DNA of 64,000 nucleotides from Nitrosopumilus sp. (GTDB lineage Archaea; Thermoproteota; Nitrososphaeria; Nitrososphaerales; Nitrosopumilaceae): NCBI GenBank assembly GCA_965197525.1, contig OZ240211.1, positions 832,001 to 896,000 of the forward strand, read 5' to 3'. Shown piece by piece: positions 50,646 to 61,603 of this stretch (position 1 is its first letter; each line of letters starts with the position of its first letter). The notes under the pieces were generated by a model. It saw only the letters and a program-made list of their open reading frames with translations, ran no database searches and was not told where the DNA came from. The position numbers and the translations under genes were made by a program.

Positions 50646-51968
50646 ATGACAAAATTTAAAGAATTAGGACTAAACGACAATATACTAAAAGGAATTGCAG
50701 ATCTTGGATTTGAGGATGCATTTCCAATTCAAGAGGCAGTTATTCCAGTATTACTAACAGGGAGAGATGTTGTAGGACAGGCGCATACGGGTTCTGGGAA
50801 GACTGCCGCGTTTGCGTTGTCAATGTTGCAAGAGATCCAGCCGAAGAGAGGAATCCAGGGATTAATCATGGCTCCAACAAGGGAGCTTGCAATGCAGATT
50901 ACAGATGAGATCAAAAAATTTGGAAAATACACAAAGAACAAGGTTGCAACAGTATACGGAGGACAAGGAATGGGAATTCAGCTAGATGCACTACACAGAG
51001 GGGTTGAAATTGTAGTCGCAACGCCTGGTAGGTTGATAGACCATCTCAAAAGAGGCTCGATAGAATTAGGAGATATTACACATATTGTTCTAGATGAGGC
51101 AGATACGATGCTAGATATGGGATTTATTGACGATATTCAATTCATTTTAGATTTAGCCCCAGAAGACAGAGTAATGTCTTTGTATTCTGCAACAATGCCT
51201 ACTGAGATTCTGAGACTATCTGAAGATTATCTAAATAATCCAAAACAGTTCTTGCTAGATGCAGACGATCTAAGTGGAGAAGGAATAGACCAAGCATATC
51301 TAGTAATCAAAGACAGGGACAAATTCAAACACCTGATAGATTTTGTAAAAAAGACAAAGGGACAATGTATCATATTTTGCTCTACAAAATACAGAACAAG
51401 AGATGTTGCTAAATTCCTGCATCAACAAAAATTCAATGCTGTGGCCATTGAAGGGGACATGTCACAGCACAGAAGAGAGCAATCCATGGGGAAATTTCGT
51501 AGTGGAAAAGCAGACATTCTTGTAGCTACAGATGTTGCATCAAGAGGCATAGATGTACCAAGAGTAAAGCTAGTAGTAAATTATGACGTACCGAACCAAG
51601 AGATGGCATACTTTCATAGAATTGGAAGAACAGCTAGAGCGGGAGCAAAAGGCAGAGCAATAACATTTGTATCATATTCGTCTATAGGTGACTGGAATAT
51701 CATCAAACGTCAAATCAAAGTGCCAATTATAGATTTGAATGAAGAGATGGGAATTAAAATTGCAATTCCAGATCCCCTAAAGAGACAGACATCAGGAAGA
51801 AGGTATGGAGGCCAATCAAGATCAGGTTATTCTAGAGGAGGAGGCCGTTCTGGAGGCTATGGAGGATCAGATAGAGGCGGTAACAGATATGGAAGATCAG
51901 ATAGAGGCGTAAAAAAATACAACAACAGAGATAATAGAAACAGTTATGGCGGACGCAGTAGATGGTAG
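50646..51968 (+). CDS. DEAD-box RNA helicase
   Basis: Q motif, AHTGSGKT, PTRELA, DEAD, SAT, ARGID-like SRGID, HRIGRTARAG and an RGG tail. Confidence 0.95.
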   Translation: MTKFKELGLNDNILKGIADLGFEDAFPIQEAVIPVLLTGRDVVGQAHTGSGKTAAFALSMLQEIQPKRGIQGLIMAPTRELAMQITDEIKKFGKYTKNKVATVYGGQGMGIQLDALHRGVEIVVATPGRLIDHLKRGSIELGDITHIVLDEADTMLDMGFIDDIQFILDLAPEDRVMSLYSATMPTEILRLSEDYLNNPKQFLLDADDLSGEGIDQAYLVIKDRDKFKHLIDFVKKTKGQCIIFCSTKYRTRDVAKFLHQQKFNAVAIEGDMSQHRREQSMGKFRSGKADILVATDVASRGIDVPRVKLVVNYDVPNQEMAYFHRIGRTARAGAKGRAITFVSYSSIGDWNIIKRQIKVPIIDLNEEMGIKIAIPDPLKRQTSGRRYGGQSRSGYSRGGGRSGGYGGSDRGGNRYGRSDRGVKKYNNRDNRNSYGGRSRW

Positions 51969-52133
51969 CGAATCATCATCATTATTACTGGGTTCTGTAA
52001 CATTATCGGGACGTGAAATTTCATACACTGTTAAATATTCTGGACATTTACACAGTTTAATATTCTGGTCTCGATTATTATACAGAATTTATTTTTTAAT
52101 GGCTTATATAGAATTTAGTTCTAGTAATATATA

Positions 52134-52271
52134 ATGAGAATAGATGAACTAAAACAACGTTTAGTAGAAATTAAACAAGAAAAAAATTCAATAAAATTAG
52201 AAATACAAACATTAGATAATAAAAAACAAGAACTAGAATCTGAGATTAAAACATTAAAAGATGATATTTAA
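52134..52271 (+). CDS. 45-aa coiled-coil microprotein (element cargo)
   Basis: Manual translation MRIDELKQRLVEIKQEKNSIKLEIQTLDNKKQELESEIKTLKDDI. Confidence 0.5.
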   Translation: MRIDELKQRLVEIKQEKNSIKLEIQTLDNKKQELESEIKTLKDDI

Positions 52272-52272
52272 T

Positions 52273-52428
52273 ATGGTTAAAAAAGAAAACGAAGCAAAAA
52301 TAAGACTATTACAATCATCACTTGATGAAATAAATAGACAGAAAAAAATACATCTTGATGCTATAGAAGATTTAAATGAACAAGAACAACTTATTATTAA
52401 TGAAATAGATAATTTAGAAAATCAATAA
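52273..52428 (+). CDS. 51-aa coiled-coil microprotein (element cargo)
   Basis: Manual translation MVKKENEAKIRLLQSSLDEINRQKKIHLDAIEDLNEQEQLIINEIDNLENQ; 1-bp gap to the previous ORF. Confidence 0.5.
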   Translation: MVKKENEAKIRLLQSSLDEINRQKKIHLDAIEDLNEQEQLIINEIDNLENQ

Positions 52429-52431
52429 AAA

Positions 52432-52722
52432 TTATTTTATATTTAAAAAACGCTTTTGTAGATTTTGTAAACTATTTGTAACATTATTATACCTAATACG
52501 ATTATTGTCATTTTTTGTAGTCTTTGTTAATGTTTTACTTGCATCGATTCCTGTTTGCAACCTATGTGCAAATTTTATATCATCTTTTTTTATTTTATTC
52601 ATTTTTTTATCAAGTTTTTCAAATTGTTTTGAAAACTCTAAATATTTTTTAGACTCTTTTTGATCTTTAATATCAAGTGCTAATATTTTAAAATTTTTAG
52701 CACATTCCGCAAATGAAACCAT
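52432..52722 (-). CDS. Basic hypothetical protein (element cargo)
   Basis: 96-aa open frame in very AT-rich DNA, convergent on the two micro-ORFs. Confidence 0.55.
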   Translation of the reverse strand: MVSFAECAKNFKILALDIKDQKESKKYLEFSKQFEKLDKKMNKIKKDDIKFAHRLQTGIDASKTLTKTTKNDNNRIRYNNVTNSLQNLQKRFLNIK

Positions 52723-52868
52723 TGTATATTATATATACATAAATAATATAATAATATTATTATTGTTGGTTTCGTCTAATAATCAAGACTAGAATATTGA
52801 ATAATATGTGAAATTTCACGTCCCGATAATGTTACAGAACCTATTACTGTAAGATTTAAAACCTTGAA

Positions 52869-53123
52869 GTGATTAACTACTACAAGGTAATGTATAAGGG
52901 ATTTATTTTGTTAAACTGCGATTTAGGCGCAGAAGGATATATTGTAGATGAATTAAAACACATGCAACATGTTAGTAATGCGTACCTAACTTTTGGAGCA
53001 TATGACGTGATTGTAGAGATTGAGACAGAAGACCAGATCAGATTTGAGAGCGTAATTGCAGAGATCAGAAGACTCTCAAGAGTAGTTAGTACGATGACGC
53101 TAAATGTTGTGACCGCTGATTAA
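52869..53123 (+). CDS. Lrp/AsnC ligand-binding-domain protein
   Basis: FILLNC..G and TFGAYDVIVEIE...IR.L..V.ST.TL motifs. Confidence 0.88.
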   Translation: MINYYKVMYKGFILLNCDLGAEGYIVDELKHMQHVSNAYLTFGAYDVIVEIETEDQIRFESVIAEIRRLSRVVSTMTLNVVTAD

Positions 53124-53157
53124 TTGTTATATAGAGTAGAGACAGGATTGTTTCAAA

Positions 53158-53448
53158 TTGCAAAAAATTGAATATGACGGATCGGTTTGGGTACTAGATT
53201 ATAACAATCCCAAACCGTTACTTGACCACGCCATTCACATGCTAGAAAAACACGGGGTAAAACAAGAAGACATGGTAATTACAGAGACTCCAACAGTGGA
53301 TGTGGGTGCAATAGTAGTAGAGATTTGGCCATACGAACTAGTTGTAGGAAGAGTAAGAACAACTCGTAATGACTCTTTTATTAGCGGCACAGAGTTTAAG
53401 ATTGAGTTAAAACTAGATGAAGATGGAAACTATGTAGATTACCTATGA
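53158..53448 (+). CDS. Conserved hypothetical protein
   Basis: ORF track; overlaps the next gene by 4 bp. Confidence 0.65.
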   Translation: MQKIEYDGSVWVLDYNNPKPLLDHAIHMLEKHGVKQEDMVITETPTVDVGAIVVEIWPYELVVGRVRTTRNDSFISGTEFKIELKLDEDGNYVDYL

Positions 53449-54134
53449 AAAAAAATAAAATTCAAAACATTGTGATCGGACTAGTTGCAGTTGGCATTAT
53501 TGGATCAATTATAGCGTACAACTATACAATAGAACAGACCAAACAAAAAGGTCTACAATTTGGAAATGATCTAGCACAAATACAACGGGATGTAGCAGAT
53601 TTACAGACAAAGTTTTATTCAGAAAAGATCAAATGGGATGAAGGAGACATTACAAAAGAAGAGCTGTTAGAATTTTATAAAGAGCATGTAAAAGAGTTTG
53701 AAAAAACCAATGAGAGATACGACAAGCTAACGCCACCGGAACTGTTCCAGAGTTCTGTAGATTTATTCAAGATCTCAGCTGAGACCCAGCTGCAAAGCGA
53801 CAAGGAGTATATCAGGTGGATAGATACAGGTGATGAGTCAGCAAAAATAAGATCAGATACACAGATTCAAGAGGCGTACGAATACGAAAACCTAGGATTA
53901 GCAGAGTTCCAGTTAGCAAAGAAGGGCTTGAAAAATTATGACGAGCAAGAAAAATTCACAGCACCGCCAGACGGAATAAGAGAGAAGGTCATTGAGATCA
54001 CAAACAACATGAAAGAGGAGTGTGATACAGAGTATCAGAATGAATCAGGACAGTTTGATTCAGAGCAGATAGAGATGGAATGGACCAACTGTTATGACGA
54101 CGCGGAGACATGGAGAGCTGAGCATCTTCCTTGA
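53445..54134 (+). CDS. Membrane-anchored helical hypothetical protein
   Basis: N-terminal TM helix followed by an acidic helical domain. Confidence 0.65.
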   Translation: MKKNKIQNIVIGLVAVGIIGSIIAYNYTIEQTKQKGLQFGNDLAQIQRDVADLQTKFYSEKIKWDEGDITKEELLEFYKEHVKEFEKTNERYDKLTPPELFQSSVDLFKISAETQLQSDKEYIRWIDTGDESAKIRSDTQIQEAYEYENLGLAEFQLAKKGLKNYDEQEKFTAPPDGIREKVIEITNNMKEECDTEYQNESGQFDSEQIEMEWTNCYDDAETWRAEHLP

Positions 54135-54338
54135 GAGAGAGATAGAGAACTAGATGTATAGAAAAAAACTTGTTGTATATTTCAAATGAATCCGGTGTAT
54201 GATGTATAACAACAAAAATGTGAATTTGTTGGCATAATGTATTTTTAGAAACATCATAGTAGGACATCTAAATTAAAAGGTAATTGATTATAGGGTTTAT
54301 AAAATCTGTATAATGTTGTGGCAAACAGCAAGATGGTA

Positions 54339-54794
54339 TTACAGCAGATCGGATTTGTCTAAAAGGTCCAAAACAGTAAAAAGCTCTTCAGCTAATAATT
54401 TTTCATCAAGAGGAGTAGGTTTTGAGAACCGAACTTGGAATGCGATTGTAAGCATATCTTGATCGGTGTGCGAGATTCGAACAGAATGAGCCTGACGATT
54501 AGTTGCAGACATAAAATGTTTCCACTTTTGAATATGTGTGCTAACGCGAGTCACTTGTTCTTCAACATTATCTAAAGTGGTATTCAAATCTGTATCAAAC
54601 AGACAGAATTTGAGAAGAGGAACCATAACAATGCCTCCTAGAACAGTATCACGGTTTTTGATCATAGAGGAGATGAACTCTTCTGCGTTATTTTTGTGGA
54701 CGTTAGGCCCATAGTCAGGATCAAAGTATCCTGTAATGAGTTTTTTTGAATCATATATTCGAAAAAAATCTTCGTCTAGTTCTAATTTCCACAA
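54339..54794 (-). CDS. Conserved hypothetical protein
   Basis: ORF track. Confidence 0.6.
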   Translation of the reverse strand: MWKLELDEDFFRIYDSKKLITGYFDPDYGPNVHKNNAEEFISSMIKNRDTVLGGIVMVPLLKFCLFDTDLNTTLDNVEEQVTRVSTHIQKWKHFMSATNRQAHSVRISHTDQDMLTIAFQVRFSKPTPLDEKLLAEELFTVLDLLDKSDLL

Positions 54795-54870
54795 TATTTA
54801 AAAGATAATCTACAGATAAATAAACGATTAATCAGTGACATTAAATAAACTACAGAGATGACAATGAATA

Positions 54871-55155
54871 ATGACCATATCAAAAGAAGACAGGGATTTC
54901 ATTGACAGCTTGATTGACTATTATATCAGCGAATCAAGATCTTACAGACAGATAGCAGAAAATTTTCTGCCAGAGATAACATCAATTCCCGATACGACGT
55001 TTGGTATCATTACAGGATGCGTGTATGCAGGATTCTTACAGATATATCAGAACCGACAGCAGGTGCCAAATGTAGAGGATGTGCAAGAGTTTAACCAGAT
55101 TATAAAGAAACGAGCTGCCTTGATCAAAAAATCCATCATGGCAGACAAACAGTAG
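54871..55155 (+). CDS. Conserved hypothetical protein
   Basis: ORF track. Confidence 0.6.
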   Translation: MTISKEDRDFIDSLIDYYISESRSYRQIAENFLPEITSIPDTTFGIITGCVYAGFLQIYQNRQQVPNVEDVQEFNQIIKKRAALIKKSIMADKQ

Positions 55156-55336
55156 ATCCGTCACCGGTGATAAACAGTATGATTTAATTTCAACTATGTT
55201 CAACTATAGATATGAATGTGGATGGGAGCAAGATCATCTTTGGATTAGGAGTAAGTTCGGCAGTTGCGACTGCTGTAATAGCACTATATTTTTCCATTCG
55301 GTAGAGATAAATCATTAAAAAAATTCAAAGAGTGTA

Positions 55337-55657
55337 ATGGCAGATACAAACGAGTTTAAGATTACACAGATAATTGATAACGGTCAGATGGTACAGCTCA
55401 CACTAGTTGAGAACATATCAACTGAACCAATCTCACGAAAACAGTTGATACTTGAGAGTGTCTCAAAGAAACTTGATGCAGAGACCAAAGAGCAGGTAAT
55501 GCCACTGCTAGAGGCAATCCTGCAAGCGCAGCCAACAGTTAACGTCAAATCTTACGAGCAGACAAAGATGGCAATAACAATGCCAAAGACAAGATATAAC
55601 GCGATGGGAAGACCTCAAGTAGATAGCATAATTGAGATAGATTTGAAGACAGTTTAG
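55337..55657 (+). CDS. Conserved hypothetical protein
   Basis: ORF track. Confidence 0.6.
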   Translation: MADTNEFKITQIIDNGQMVQLTLVENISTEPISRKQLILESVSKKLDAETKEQVMPLLEAILQAQPTVNVKSYEQTKMAITMPKTRYNAMGRPQVDSIIEIDLKTV

Positions 55658-57723
55658 ATGTGGGAGTTTATTTCATCAAGCGTGTACAAAGGCAGAGAAC
55701 AAGTAAAGTCCTTACACACAAAGACTGATGTCTTATCTGTGAATGATTTGCCAGCAAAGAACGGGTATTCTGAGAGGGATTCCAGCTGAGAGGGATTTTT
55801 AATAGTAACCAAGATAGCGTTTGGCAGATAGTCCAAACATAAGGATTGGCATATTTGAGAATTTTCAGTATTGATAACAGTAATCTCTACAGGTTTTTGA
55901 ATGTACATACAAATTGTGTTTAGCAGATGACCAAACGCAAACGGATTTTCAGCAGATTGCTGCGCCTGAGACTTCATTATTTTTGTGGCGATCTCCTCAA
56001 ATGCAGGTTTGTGAGACAGATGATATAGTTTGAGCAACAGAGAAGCAGAGACAGAGTTACCAGATGGCAGAGATAAATCATAGTTATTTCTTGGTCGGAT
56101 AATCAGTTTTTCGTGATCAGTGGATGTCATGAAGAAGATATTCTGCTCAGAGTCCCAGAAATTGCTGACCAAGTGATCGCCTAGCTTCAAAGACAGGTTT
56201 AGATATCTCAGATCAGGTTCGATTTCAAATACATCTAACAAAGCATTAGAAAAGTAGGAATAATCATCAAGATATCCATCAATTTTTGCAATACCGTCTT
56301 TGTAGGTTCGCAACAGTTTGCCATCCACAAGCATATTTTTCTCAATAAAAGAGATGCAATCTTTTGCAGCGTTCAGGTACCGAACATCATTTGTTACACG
56401 ATAGCCTTTTGCAAATGCTGTAATCATAAGAGAGTTCCATGAGACTAGCACCTTGTCGTCCAATCCAGGCGGTACCCGAGTAGAACGAACTTTGAGTAGT
56501 TTTTCAGAACAAGAAGTTAGAACTTTGCGAACTTGGGCCTCTGAGATTCCAAAATTAAATGCAACAGTAGAGATGTTGATGTTGTTGCATAGAATGCTGT
56601 TGCCTTCCCAATTTCCACCATCTGTCACATCATAATACAAGCAGAATAGATCAGCGTCATCCTGGAGAACCTCTTTAATTTCACTCTTCTTCCAGACATA
56701 ATACTTTCCCTCTACTCCATCAGAGTCAGCATCATATGCCGAATAAAATCCGCCTTCAGGGGAGGTCATCTCACGCAGAACAAAATCAAGTGTCTTTGTT
56801 AGAATATCAAGATAGAATGGGTTGCGGGTTATCTGATAAGCTTCAGCATAATTGACAGAGATCAAGGCATTATCGTAAAGCATCTTTTCAAAATGAGGCA
56901 CCAACCACTTGGCATCAGTAGAGTATCTGCAGAATCCACCTCCAATCTGATCAAATATTCCGCCTTTTGCCATCTTGTTGAGGGTCTTTAGTGCAAAGTC
57001 ACGGAATTTTGAGAAACCGGAGAGTTTGGCATATTGGAACAGAAAGGATACGTTTGCAGCACTGGGAAATTTAGGGGCAGAACCAAATCCACCGTATGTG
57101 GCATCTCCCATCTGAAACAAGTTCATAGCTGCTTCATCTAGGATAATTCTACCTAGTTTTGTTATGATCGAAGTCGGTTCTGGTTTATCAAGTGCGCCAA
57201 CAAAGTTCTCAGCAGATTTTTTGACGTCATGGGATCTCTCATTCCATGCTTGTGAGAGCTGTCTGCAGATACTTCCAAAACCGGGGTGGCCATGGGAATC
57301 TAGAACAGGAAAATAAGTTCCAGCATAGAACGGTTTTTGATCAGGGGTCAGGAATATACTCAAAGGCCAACCGCCTTGACCTGTTGCCATCTGGCATACT
57401 TTTTGGTATATATCATCAATATCAGGGCGTTCTTCGCGGTCAACTTTGATGTTGATAAAATTCTCGTTCATGAATTTAGCAACATCCTCATTCTCAAATG
57501 ATTCATGAGCCATTACATGACACCAGTGGCATGAGCTGTATCCTATGCTCAAGAAGATAGGTTTGTTTTGATCCTTTGCTTTTTTTAGTGCAGCGTCGCT
57601 CCAAGGATGCCAATCAACAGGATTGTTTGCATGCTGGAGCAAGTATGGACTGGTTTCATTGATAAGGCTGTTTTCCACTGCAATAACTGGGTTTGATTGA
57701 ATATTAGAATCTAAGTATCCCAA
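55654..57723 (-). CDS. Thioredoxin domain-containing protein (YyaL/SPATA20 family); probable start near ENSLINE
   Basis: [35 protein letters not shown] and [11 protein letters not shown] motifs. Confidence 0.92.
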   Translation of the reverse strand: MGYLDSNIQSNPVIAVENSLINETSPYLLQHANNPVDWHPWSDAALKKAKDQNKPIFLSIGYSSCHWCHVMAHESFENEDVAKFMNENFINIKVDREERPDIDDIYQKVCQMATGQGGWPLSIFLTPDQKPFYAGTYFPVLDSHGHPGFGSICRQLSQAWNERSHDVKKSAENFVGALDKPEPTSIITKLGRIILDEAAMNLFQMGDATYGGFGSAPKFPSAANVSFLFQYAKLSGFSKFRDFALKTLNKMAKGGIFDQIGGGFCRYSTDAKWLVPHFEKMLYDNALISVNYAEAYQITRNPFYLDILTKTLDFVLREMTSPEGGFYSAYDADSDGVEGKYYVWKKSEIKEVLQDDADLFCLYYDVTDGGNWEGNSILCNNINISTVAFNFGISEAQVRKVLTSCSEKLLKVRSTRVPPGLDDKVLVSWNSLMITAFAKGYRVTNDVRYLNAAKDCISFIEKNMLVDGKLLRTYKDGIAKIDGYLDDYSYFSNALLDVFEIEPDLRYLNLSLKLGDHLVSNFWDSEQNIFFMTSTDHEKLIIRPRNNYDLSLPSGNSVSASLLLKLYHLSHKPAFEEIATKIMKSQAQQSAENPFAFGHLLNTICMYIQKPVEITVINTENSQICQSLCLDYLPNAILVTIKNPSQLESLSEYPFFAGKSFTDKTSVFVCKDFTCSLPLYTLDEINSHI

Positions 57724-57948
57724 ATTCCTTGGCCTTCAGATAGTTCATAGATTCGAACATTAATCTTTTTGAGCAACTTTATTTTAGATTTAGCAGCCTT
57801 TTTGTTATGGGTGTAGTCTTTTTTTTCAACTAGTTCTTGTAGTCGTTGTAGTTGGGCCAACGAGAGTTTTTTGAACTCATGTTTAGAACCGGAGACCAGA
57901 TTCAATAATCTTATACGTTCACGATCTTCGTTTGTGATCTCGACCATA
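57711..57948 (-). CDS. Small conserved hypothetical protein; probable start MVEITNE
   Basis: C-terminal part of ORF 57711..58055, ending [11 protein letters not shown]; start approximate. Confidence 0.55.
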
Positions 57949-58148
57949 GTGAATATTTTAAAGATTTTGTAATTAAATCTTAATACTATTATTTTGTAAC
58001 AGATGGGCATAATATAACAAAGATCGGAGTATGATCTTTGGCATGTTATATTCAAACAATGCTAGTCATAAAAACACCCGTATCCGTAGAATTTAGCAAA
58101 AATTTCAATTTGCGAATATTAAAATTTTACGTATTTTCTCATATCAAC

Positions 58149-59183
58149 ATGGAAAAGATGCGCGCAATGGTACTCTCTGAATGTGCCAAGATTGAGACAG
58201 AACCATTAAAGCTTACAGAGATTGACAGACACCAGATAAAAAGACCAAACGAGATTTTATTAAAAATTCAAGCCTGTGGAGTGTGCCACTCACAGCTACA
58301 CGGAATAGAAGGAGACTGGAAAGATATAGGGATTCCGCCAACGTTGCCCACAGTACCCGGTCACGAAGTTGTTGGGAGAGTGGTTCAGATTGGGGAAAAA
58401 GTTACAAAATTCAAAGTTGGAGAACAGGCAGGAATCACTCCGCTTTTAGAGGCATGCAAAAATTGTCAATACTGCAAGGAAGGAAAAGAGTACCTGTGCG
58501 AATCATCAACAATAACAGGTGAATCGTTCAAAGGCGGATATACAGAATACATTACAGTGCTAGAGGATTTTGCAACCAAGGTTCCAGACAGCATGAAACC
58601 TGAATATGCTGCCCCATTGTTTTGTGCAGGGATAACAGCATACAAGGCAGTCAAGGCCTCAGAGCCGCACCCAAATAAAAAAGTCGGAATCTTTGGAATC
58701 GGAGGAGTAGGTCACATGGCAATACAGTTTGCAAGAGTAAAAGACTGCAATGTAATTGCATTTTCTAGATCGCAGAAACATCTTGATGTTGCAAAGAGGT
58801 TGGAGGCATCAGACGCAATTGCGTTCTCTGAGAATCAGCAAGAATTTTTAGATACACTAAAGGAGAAACATGGTATGCTGGACTCAGCAATCGTGTTTGC
58901 ACCAGCAGACATTGTTACAGACACTGCAATCAAATCAGTAAAGAAGGGAGGACTCGTAGTAATTGCAACTGTAGGAAAGAATCCTGAATTTATGGCATTT
59001 GAGGAGAAGACGATTAGAGGTACGCTGATAGGATCAACAAAAGACATGGAGGACGTCATCAAGATATGCGAGAAAGAGGATATCGAGGTCATCTCTCAGA
59101 CATTCCCGTTAGAGAAGGCAAATGAGGCACTTCAAAAACTAAAAGACTCGCAAGTAGAGGCAAGAGCGGTATTAATACCATAA
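58149..59183 (+). CDS. Zn-dependent alcohol dehydrogenase
   Basis: CGVCHS, GHE, C..C.YC..G.E.LC, CAGITAY and GIGGVG motifs; start taken as MEKMRAM. Confidence 0.92.
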   Translation: MEKMRAMVLSECAKIETEPLKLTEIDRHQIKRPNEILLKIQACGVCHSQLHGIEGDWKDIGIPPTLPTVPGHEVVGRVVQIGEKVTKFKVGEQAGITPLLEACKNCQYCKEGKEYLCESSTITGESFKGGYTEYITVLEDFATKVPDSMKPEYAAPLFCAGITAYKAVKASEPHPNKKVGIFGIGGVGHMAIQFARVKDCNVIAFSRSQKHLDVAKRLEASDAIAFSENQQEFLDTLKEKHGMLDSAIVFAPADIVTDTAIKSVKKGGLVVIATVGKNPEFMAFEEKTIRGTLIGSTKDMEDVIKICEKEDIEVISQTFPLEKANEALQKLKDSQVEARAVLIP

Positions 59184-59227
59184 TATCGAGAAGAGGATTA
59201 AATATAGAGGTTGAGAGGTTATTTTAC

Positions 59228-59380
59228 ATGAATTGCAAGAGATGTCACCATATGGACCAAGCGCATGTTTTCAACAAGGATAGCAACTCAATCATCAAGG
59301 CAGGAAAATGTAAAATCCCAACATGTACGTGTCAGCAATACCTAGATCCAATCCAAAAAATCGATGAAGAACTCTTGTAA
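59228..59380 (+). CDS. 50-aa Cys/His microprotein (not in ORF track)
   Basis: MNCKRCHHMDQAHVFNKDSNSIIKAGKCKIPTCTCQQYLDPIQKIDEELL. Confidence 0.6.
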   Translation: MNCKRCHHMDQAHVFNKDSNSIIKAGKCKIPTCTCQQYLDPIQKIDEELL

Positions 59381-59397
59381 CAGTTCATATATCAAAA

Positions 59398-59646
59398 ATG
59401 TTTTGTGACGGTATGGAAAAACACAAACCTGCAGACGAGATGATAAAAGAGTTGGATAATCTGTTATCAAAGATAAATGCCATGGAGATTGTTGCAAAAA
59501 CTGATCATGAAAAGAGTTCTATAAAAATTCAGAGAGCGCTAGTAGAGGGGCAGATTCACTCAATTAACGAGTTTCAGCACTTGAAAAAAGCAATAGATCT
59601 ATTGACGATGGAATTATTCAAAATTCAAAATAAAATCAACGATTAA
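59398..59646 (+). CDS. Conserved hypothetical helical protein
   Basis: ORF track. Confidence 0.6.
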   Translation: MFCDGMEKHKPADEMIKELDNLLSKINAMEIVAKTDHEKSSIKIQRALVEGQIHSINEFQHLKKAIDLLTMELFKIQNKIND

Positions 59647-60151
59647 TCCACATATCATTTATTTTATAATAGATATAACAACAATGCATACCAAGAACAA
59701 AAAATTAATGTTGCATGCTTGTCAAATAAATTGGAAGAAGCTAAAATGACTAATTCAGTAAAAAATCCAAAATGATATAGATATTATAAACATTATATCG
59801 TTTCATATGGGGATTATATAGATGGGTTACATTAGCCTCAACTCATAGACAGATCATAAAAAAAGATAGGTGAATGATATTGCATTCAATCGAAAAATAA
59901 TATATTATAATATATTATAATATATTATTTTTTATTTATTTTGAGCCTAACGTAACTAAAATATATAATCCCCTTTCATATTGTAAAAAGTAAGATTTTT
60001 CTGGATATTATAACGATCAATATGAATTCAATTTGACTGGATTTATCTACAGATAAATTTTGGATCTTGACAATAAAAAACTAAATTCATCTTGGCATTG
60101 TAAAAATAAAAAAGTAAGAATTAAAAACAATCTATATCATTTTATCATATC

Positions 60152-60691
60152 TTGCAACTAACTGAGGAGAATCATCATATGATAACGTTGCCTGATTTGG
60201 TACAACCTAGAATGAAAGTTGTATTTGTAGGAACAAATCCCGGGACAAAATCAGCACGAATAGGGCATTATTTTGCAGGTAATAGTAATATGTTTTGGAA
60301 ATTATTATATGAATCTAATTTGACAAAAGAACGGCTTACAACGGAACAGGATAACAAGTTAATCACATATGGTCACGGCCTCACAGATGTGATAAAACGA
60401 CCTACGCGTTCTACATCAGAATTACGAAGAGATGATGGAAACGGTGCAAGAGATCGTTTGAATTCCATTATAGAGAAAAACAGACCTAGCATAGTTGCGT
60501 TTGTAGGTAAAACAGGTTTTAGATACTATCTTGACTACAAGGGTAAATCTATCAAGTATGGTATGCAAAAATTCAAGATTGCCGAATCTTCTGTATACCT
60601 CCTCCCATCTACCAGTGGCCAGAGTTTTGCAGACACTAGTTACAAAGAGAAACTATTTTGGTATAAAAAATTAAAAAAAATTATATCATGA
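60152..60691 (+). CDS. Mismatch-specific DNA glycosylase (MUG/TDG, UDG family 2), copy 1
   Basis: VFVGTNPG, GHYFAG..N.FW, GLTDVIKRPT and LPSTSG motifs. Confidence 0.9.
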   Translation: MQLTEENHHMITLPDLVQPRMKVVFVGTNPGTKSARIGHYFAGNSNMFWKLLYESNLTKERLTTEQDNKLITYGHGLTDVIKRPTRSTSELRRDDGNGARDRLNSIIEKNRPSIVAFVGKTGFRYYLDYKGKSIKYGMQKFKIAESSVYLLPSTSGQSFADTSYKEKLFWYKKLKKIIS

Positions 60692-61087
60692 ATTTTCTTG
60701 AAATTAAAAAAAGAATCCCAGTACTGACAAAATACATCACGAGAGTTTATTTGGCTACATCGTTGGTTAATTGCAATGAACAAAATACTAGAACCATCAT
60801 TAGAGTATCAATTGATTTGAAATGACAATTGTTAATGAATAGACAGTATAGGATAATCCAAAATTAAATTCAATAGATTTAGTTAGAGACGCCAACATTG
60901 TTAAAAAATACGATATTTGTGTTTCAGAGATCGCCAAACCAAGTACTAAAATAGATATTAATATTACGACTGCAAAGATGTTCACGAAAAAAAATCAGAT
61001 GCGTGTATAGATACAAATGTTTCAAACGCGGGTTTAGGAATAGTCAACCGTAGAGTTTTTTAAGGACTTGTATGCTAAAATAACAAG

Positions 61088-61567
61088 TTGAATTCACCTG
61101 AAAAACTACTAACTCTGTTTCAGGCAATAGACAAAAAACTCTCCATGAATCAGTTTGATGACAAGTTAGAAATTCAAAAAATCACTTACCTAGCTCAAGA
61201 ATATGGGATTGATTTAGAATATGAATTTGAATGGAATAAACGCGGACCATACTGCAAACAAGTATCAGAGCATGCACATATAATCATAGATTCCAGCAGG
61301 AATATCAGTATTGATAATAACTTGAAAAATGAGAAGGAAAAACTATCACAATTTGTAAAAATAATAAAACCTTACATGGATAACACTGAATGGTTAGAAA
61401 TTGCAGCTTCGCTATTATATTTACGAAAAGACAGCTATGAAAACATGGAATTGAATCAAATAATAGGATACCTTATTGAAGACTTGACGTACGGTTACAA
61501 GAATTTCAATGAGGCGTTGGTTAGAAAAGCAATTTCCGAAATGTCGAAGAAAGGATTTTTGACATAA
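61088..61567 (+). CDS. Hypothetical YwgA/Panacea(DUF4065)-like protein
   Basis: KLEIQKITYLAQ...YEFEW...GPYC and WLEIAASLLYL resemble antitoxin-like HTH domains. Confidence 0.55.
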   Translation: MNSPEKLLTLFQAIDKKLSMNQFDDKLEIQKITYLAQEYGIDLEYEFEWNKRGPYCKQVSEHAHIIIDSSRNISIDNNLKNEKEKLSQFVKIIKPYMDNTEWLEIAASLLYLRKDSYENMELNQIIGYLIEDLTYGYKNFNEALVRKAISEMSKKGFLT

Positions 61568-61603
61568 CGAAAAAATTCTTCGTTAAAATTATCGTGATAT
61601 GTT

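Larger units (their letters stand above)
51991..52841. mobile_element. 851-bp GGTTCTGT-family element with AT-rich cargo; composite of two inverted micro-MITEs
   Basis: Perfect 33-bp TIR GGTTCTGTAACATTATCGGGACGTGAAATTTCA (51991-52023 / 52809-52841); 8-bp TSD TATTACTG (51983-51990 / 52842-52849); degenerate inner ends at about 52067-52089 and 52768-52790. Confidence 0.92.

Noticed and set aside
51991-52841. Casposon interpretation of the TIR/TSD elements
   Set aside because: No Cas1-like integrase or family B polymerase gene, and the elements are far too small; a DDE-derived MITE family is simpler.
59895-59930. Short ATATATTATA tandem repeats
   Set aside because: Expected low-complexity sequence in very AT-rich intergenic DNA.
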